From Dehalococcoidia bacterium (GTDB taxonomy: Bacteria; Chloroflexota; Dehalococcoidia; GIF9; AB-539-J10): a stretch of 64,000 bases of DNA. Within the stretch, counting starts at the first letter, position 1. Each line of letters starts with the position of its first letter. The DNA lies in NCBI GenBank assembly GCA_030612025.1, contig JAUWOR010000004.1, forward strand, positions 76,358 through 140,357, written 5' to 3'. Of this stretch, positions 59,231 through 64,000 are shown in pieces. Below the pieces are notes generated by a model that saw only the letters and a list, made by a program, of their open reading frames with translations, was not told the DNA's origin and ran no database searches. A program made the position numbers and the translations under genes.

Positions 59231-59848
59231 ATGGAATGGAGCAGCGTAATCAGCGTCATAATTGCCATTTTGGTGATGATTGGTTTGCCTCTAGCTCTTC
59301 GTAAACGAAGGAAAGCTGGTCCCCAAAAAAGAGAGGAGCTTTGCCAGCACCTTCAAAAAATAGGAGTAAGGGCATACATAGCGCAAATCAGAGATAACCG
59401 CGAGAAGATAGGTCAGAGACGCTCTTCGGGAGAGAAGTCTATGGGAATTATTGAGTTGAAGAATAGAAATATAGCTTTCATAAATATTATTGGCGTAGCT
59501 AGCCAGTATGGAACTCACTATTTCATTGATTATTTGGTGAGAAACCCGAATATGACGGAAAAACGAAAGTTGAAAAAGACGAGGTTGGTTAGAAGGAAAA
59601 GCGCACTCCTTTGGGGCAAAGTAGTAGGTATCGAATGGAAAGGAGATGAATCCCTAGCAGAGAGCCTCAATTTTGACTATGGGCTAGAAAATAGATTATT
59701 GCACTCTGAGCTTAAAGATTCGGGGGGAGGCATCTGGATTTTCCCTGAACCCAGGCACGAATATGTCCGGATAAGGACTGCTTATTCTCTTCCCTCCCCA
59801 GAGGCATTTGAGACAATAGGCATCATAGCTAGGTATGTTAAGTCATAG
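59231..59848 (+). CDS. Hypothetical membrane-anchored protein
   Basis: N-terminal TM helix followed by a basic stretch; no recognised motif. Confidence 0.6.
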   Translation: MEWSSVISVIIAILVMIGLPLALRKRRKAGPQKREELCQHLQKIGVRAYIAQIRDNREKIGQRRSSGEKSMGIIELKNRNIAFINIIGVASQYGTHYFIDYLVRNPNMTEKRKLKKTRLVRRKSALLWGKVVGIEWKGDESLAESLNFDYGLENRLLHSELKDSGGGIWIFPEPRHEYVRIRTAYSLPSPEAFETIGIIARYVKS

Positions 59849-59912
59849 TGATGAGGGAATAAAAACATCAAAGTTCGATAACAATATCGCTGTGGTGTTT
59901 ACGGCAGCTTAT

Positions 59913-60890
59913 TCAATAAGCTCGATACCAGTTTTCATTTACTTCACTGGCTTTAAGCTTTGTATACCAGGGAGTCCCATAGGTATTGGCTAATTCAGTT
60001 AAGCTTTGCAGCCTCCCAATTACAGTATTTTCTAAAAATGCCATCCTTTTCTTTCGGGAGCTAATTCGAGTGGCTTCTTGCCATAAGGCACGCCCGGCTA
60101 GAAAGCCTGAAGCTCCCGCCTGGCAAGCTATCTCAACCTCCTGGTAAAAAAGCTCGAAATTCACGCCGGCACTCAGGATAACCCAGGGAACTTGGCTTGC
60201 CTCATTAAGTTGATGACAAAAATCTAACAACCGGCCTTTATCCTTTTCATATTCAAGGTCAGATGGAAATTCGGACTTAAGCACATCAATGGGGAGGGCT
60301 GTGATTTGCTTGGCTGTTTCAATAACTAACCGCGGCTTTACCCTAGCGAAGTTTTGAGGATTGGCCTCTGCTTTCCCTACTTTATAGCTCACGGGCTCAA
60401 CTACGAAGGGCATGTCTTCTACCAGACAATCGCCAGCTAGCTTCTGCACAGTATCCAGTTGTCTTCTAGCAACATCAATGTCGGGGCGATAATAGAGTAA
60501 AAGCTTTGCCCCTGTGGCTCCCATCTTCTTTACTTTTTTCACGCTCCAACTAGGCAGTAAATCAGTAACTCTCGCCTCCGCTTCGCCTGAATAACCAGTC
60601 CCTTCTAAACTTATCAGCAATCCAGTGTCTCTGGGGAGAATGCTAGCAGCAATTGCCTGACCAGCCCCATAAACGGGATCCAGGAGGATAGCACTAGCGT
60701 GAGGGGCCAAGACTCGGCATAGGTCTAACTTAAAATCCACCATTGTCTGATAACCAATGCTCTCAGGATGTTTTTTATTGAGCATCCTCATCAGTGAACC
60801 CCTATGGTCAAAGGCACACATCGCCATGATGCCCTTCTCATTAGCTAACTGCTGCAAACCCCTTATCTTGCCTATAGATAGTTTTTTCAT
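59913..60890 (-). CDS. Tagatose-1,6-bisphosphate aldolase family (LacD-like class I aldolase)
   Basis: AFDHRGSL, ILLDP, DVLKSEFP, LSAGV, GFLAGRALW. Confidence 0.88.
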   Translation of the reverse strand: MKKLSIGKIRGLQQLANEKGIMAMCAFDHRGSLMRMLNKKHPESIGYQTMVDFKLDLCRVLAPHASAILLDPVYGAGQAIAASILPRDTGLLISLEGTGYSGEAEARVTDLLPSWSVKKVKKMGATGAKLLLYYRPDIDVARRQLDTVQKLAGDCLVEDMPFVVEPVSYKVGKAEANPQNFARVKPRLVIETAKQITALPIDVLKSEFPSDLEYEKDKGRLLDFCHQLNEASQVPWVILSAGVNFELFYQEVEIACQAGASGFLAGRALWQEATRISSRKKRMAFLENTVIGRLQSLTELANTYGTPWYTKLKASEVNENWYRAY

Positions 60891-60894
60891 ATTC

Positions 60895-61869
60895 TTAAGT
60901 GGCTAATACCTTCACTAATTGTAGCAAGTTATTATCTAATTCCTTTCTCTTCTCCCATGTTTCTCTCAATGGCGTAAAAGTTATCTTTCCTTTTAATTCT
61001 CCAACCATATAGCCCGTCTTGCCATTAGCCAGAGCGTCAATAGCAGCCGCTCCTAATTTGCTAGCCAAAATCCTGTCCCTGGCCGTTGGTGAGCCACCTC
61101 TCTGTATATGCCCCAGAACACAAACGCGGTAATCTAATCTCAACCTTTCCCACACCTGCTGAGCAACTGGAAATACTCCTCCAGCCTCATCTCCTTCAGC
61201 AACTACTATGATGCTGCATTTTTTGCCCCTCTCAAAGCTACGCTTTATATCAAGGCAAAGCTCCTCTATCTTTGTCTCGGTTTCCGGGATCAGGATATTC
61301 TCAGCTCCACCAGCAATTCCTACATCTAAGGCGATGAAACCTCTATCTCTTCCCATAACCTCAATGAAAAAAGGACGCTGTAGGGATCCTGCGGTGTCTC
61401 TAATCTTATCTATGGCGCTTAGAGCTGTATTTATCGCCGTATCGAAACCAATAGCATAGTCAATGCCATAGACATCGTTATCTATGCTACCCGGAATGCC
61501 GATTACTTTTATTCCTCCCACCTCGGCTAAGGCTAATGCACCACGAAAAGTGCCGCCCCCACCTATGGTTATTAAGCCCTCAATGCCTTCCTGTTGTAAA
61601 AGTGCAACTGCTTTCTTTAAGCCTTCCGCTGTTTTCATCTCTTCACAGCGAGCAGTCTCAAGGATAGTGCCACCACGCTGGATGATATTAGCCACTGCCC
61701 TTGCATCCAATCTCACCAAGTCGCCTTCCAACAGGCCGGCATAGCCTCGCCGAATCCCTATTACCTCTAGTTTATGTTTAACCCCGCAACGGACAACCGC
61801 TCTGATGCAAGCATTCATCCCAGGAGCATCACCACCACTGGTTAAGACACCAATCCTCTTCAATTTCAC
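60895..61869 (-). CDS. pfkA: 6-phosphofructokinase
   Basis: TSGGDAPGMN, IDND, EVMGR, GHIQRGG; the GGDG motif reads GGGG. Confidence 0.92.
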   Translation of the reverse strand: MKLKRIGVLTSGGDAPGMNACIRAVVRCGVKHKLEVIGIRRGYAGLLEGDLVRLDARAVANIIQRGGTILETARCEEMKTAEGLKKAVALLQQEGIEGLITIGGGGTFRGALALAEVGGIKVIGIPGSIDNDVYGIDYAIGFDTAINTALSAIDKIRDTAGSLQRPFFIEVMGRDRGFIALDVGIAGGAENILIPETETKIEELCLDIKRSFERGKKCSIIVVAEGDEAGGVFPVAQQVWERLRLDYRVCVLGHIQRGGSPTARDRILASKLGAAAIDALANGKTGYMVGELKGKITFTPLRETWEKRKELDNNLLQLVKVLAT

Positions 61870-61981
61870 TTGGTTATCCTTTATTGTTACTCAGCGCCCT
61901 ACCGGTCACCTAGCAATTATAACATATCCAATAGCTGGTTTGGCTGAATAGCTCAACTATAGTAAAATATGATTAGAGTCA

Positions 61982-63457
61982 ATGAAGCCGATATGGAGCA
62001 AGGAAAGTTTAGGCAATCTTATAGAAGAGAAATTCTCTGATCAGCACCTTATAATCGTCTCTAATCGTGAGCCATATATTCATAATTACGCCGGTGGTAA
62101 GATTAAATGTGAAACTGCAGTTGGAGGTGTAACCACAGCATTAGATTCCGTAATGTGTGCTACAGGCGGCCTTTGGATTGCGTGTGGGAGTACCAAGGCT
62201 GATAGGAAGACAGTAGACTTAAATAATAAGGTAATGGTCCCCCCTGAAGAGCCACTTTATACTCTGAAGCGAGTGTGGCTGACTAAGAAGGAGATAAATG
62301 GCTACTATTATGGCTTCTCAAATCAAGCACTTTGGCCTCTGTGCCATTCCACTTACGTTCAGCCCATGTTTGATGAATCGCAATGGAACACTTATAAGAG
62401 GGTAAATAGTATCTTTGCCCAAAGTGTACTGGAGGAGATAGGAAACAGAAAGGCGTTGGTTTTCATCCAGGATTATCATTTTGCTCTACTACCGCGTTTG
62501 ATAAAAGAAGCTAGGCCGGAGACTACAGTAGCACAGTTTTGGCATATCCCCTGGCCTAGACAGCAAGTTTTTAGTACCTGCCCCTGGCAAAGGGAGATAT
62601 TGGATGGCCTTTTAGGGAATGACCTTCTAGGCTTTCACACAGTACGCCACTGCCGTAACTTTCTTACCACAGTAAACAGAGTCACCAAAGCCAGGGTTAA
62701 CTATGAAAAGGCAGAGGTGATCTTGCATGAAAAGCAAACACTGGTACGCCACTTCCCTATAAGTGTAGATTTTGAACAACTCTCCCAAGATACCCAGAAG
62801 GGCAAAGTTAAACGAGAAGTAAAACGGTTGAAGCATAGCCTAGCATTGGAAGGGAAATCTATAGCCATTAGTATAGACAGGCTGGATTATACTAAAGGAA
62901 TTCCTCAAAGGCTGATGGCTATAGAGCGTTTTCTAGACAACTGGCCAGAGTATAAGGGAAAAACGGTCTTTATAGAAGCGCAGGTGCCCAGCCGTACCCA
63001 AATCTCAAGCTACAGAAAACTACGAGAGGATGTAGATGCACTGGTGACCAAGATAAACCAGAAACATGCTTTAGGGGATTGGAAGCCGATAATCACTCTA
63101 CCTGGACCTTCGCCTCCCAATACATTGGCAGCTCTAAGATGCCTGGCAGATTTATGCATAGTGAGTTCGCTACATGATGGGATGAACTTGGTGGCCAAGG
63201 AGTTCGTTGCCAGCCAGAGTGATAACGATGGCATTTTAATATTAAGCTCATCCACTGGGGCTGCCAGAGAGCTTGACGATGCTTTATTAATAAATCCTCT
63301 TGCCATCGACCAATTTGCTGCATCAATTAAGGAAGCTCTGGATATGCCTAAATCAGAAAAGCGTAGACGGATGAGAAGAAAAAGAAGCATAGTTAGGAAA
63401 AGCAATATCTATAAATGGGCTGCCGATATTTTCTCGGAATTAGCAAAATTATCGTAG
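61982..63457 (+). CDS. otsA: Trehalose-6-phosphate synthase
   Basis: SNREP, QDYH, HIPWP, DRLDYTKG, DGMNLVAKE. Confidence 0.93.
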   Translation: MKPIWSKESLGNLIEEKFSDQHLIIVSNREPYIHNYAGGKIKCETAVGGVTTALDSVMCATGGLWIACGSTKADRKTVDLNNKVMVPPEEPLYTLKRVWLTKKEINGYYYGFSNQALWPLCHSTYVQPMFDESQWNTYKRVNSIFAQSVLEEIGNRKALVFIQDYHFALLPRLIKEARPETTVAQFWHIPWPRQQVFSTCPWQREILDGLLGNDLLGFHTVRHCRNFLTTVNRVTKARVNYEKAEVILHEKQTLVRHFPISVDFEQLSQDTQKGKVKREVKRLKHSLALEGKSIAISIDRLDYTKGIPQRLMAIERFLDNWPEYKGKTVFIEAQVPSRTQISSYRKLREDVDALVTKINQKHALGDWKPIITLPGPSPPNTLAALRCLADLCIVSSLHDGMNLVAKEFVASQSDNDGILILSSSTGAARELDDALLINPLAIDQFAASIKEALDMPKSEKRRRMRRKRSIVRKSNIYKWAADIFSELAKLS

Positions 63458-63470
63458 CTACAAGCATAGC

Positions 63471-64000
63471 ATGAAACATCTCCTCTCTTACTGGAACGTT
63501 GTTGCTGTCAGGATCAGGGAAGCAAAGCACATATTACTGCTAGTTGATTATGATGGTACATTAACCCCCATCGTAGAAAGGCCTGAATTAGCCCACTTAT
63601 CACCAGAGGTAAAAGAGTGCTTACAAAGGCTGGCTAAAAATCCCCGCCTGACTTTAGGAATTATAAGTGGCAGGACTTTGGGTGATTTACAAGAAAGAGT
63701 GGGTATCGGGGACATTATCTATGCTGCGAACCATGGTTTGGAGATAAAAGGACCAAGTATTAGTTTTATTAATCTGGCCGCTAAGCAGGCAATCCCTTTG
63801 CTACGTTCTTTAAGTCAAGATATTAGTAAAGCTATAGTTGGCATTAAAGGAGCTAGAATAGATAATAAAGAGCTAACATTAAGCCTGCACTATCGACTGG
63901 TAGATGAATCACAGCTAGATGAATTGAACAAGATTTTCACTGAAATCGTTAAAACTTCTCTTGCTTCAGGTCAGATAAGAATCACTCCAAGCAAAAAGGC
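63471..64000 (+). CDS. otsB: Trehalose-6-phosphate phosphatase (partial, runs off the window)
   Basis: Hand translation MKHLLSYW...LVDYDGTLTPIV...ISGR...NHGLE. Confidence 0.9.
   Translation, partial: MKHLLSYWNVVAVRIREAKHILLLVDYDGTLTPIVERPELAHLSPEVKECLQRLAKNPRLTLGIISGRTLGDLQERVGIGDIIYAANHGLEIKGPSISFINLAAKQAIPLLRSLSQDISKAIVGIKGARIDNKELTLSLHYRLVDESQLDELNKIFTEIVKTSLASGQIRITPSKK

Overview
Bacterial chromosome segment. Gene order and protein character (rpsB-short tsf-frr-cdsA-dxr-rseP-ispG-proS; thrS-infC-rpmI-rplT-pheST; ilvD-ilvB-ilvN-ilvC-leuA-leuC-leuD-leuB-cimA; guaA-purDEBC; dapL-dapF-miaA-tpiA-pgk; archease-rtcB) suggest an uncultured Chloroflexota, probably Dehalococcoidia; this is an inference. 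Bases 1-5.7 kb are an accessory, defence-type island. It holds an MNT-HEPN pair, restriction-system remnants, HicBA, an orphan antitoxin, and an intact five-gene operon of four small HTH proteins plus an HTH-Swt1-like HEPN protein under a consensus promoter. The rest is mostly housekeeping, with tRNA-Arg(UCU) and tRNA-Val(GAC). It is heavily colonised by at least four families of short palindromic or tandem repeats, many inserted in frame in conserved enzymes (LeuC, PurC, ProS, DapF, Dxr, MiaA, a SagB-like protein) or supplying stop or start codons. Other highlights are a perfect CIRCE operator in front of three tiny Zn-finger ORFs, cassettes bracketed by duplicated gene 3' ends (including guaA), non-canonical ATA starts, and several substitutions in normally invariant motifs. 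All family assignments are from motif recognition by eye; no database searches were run.
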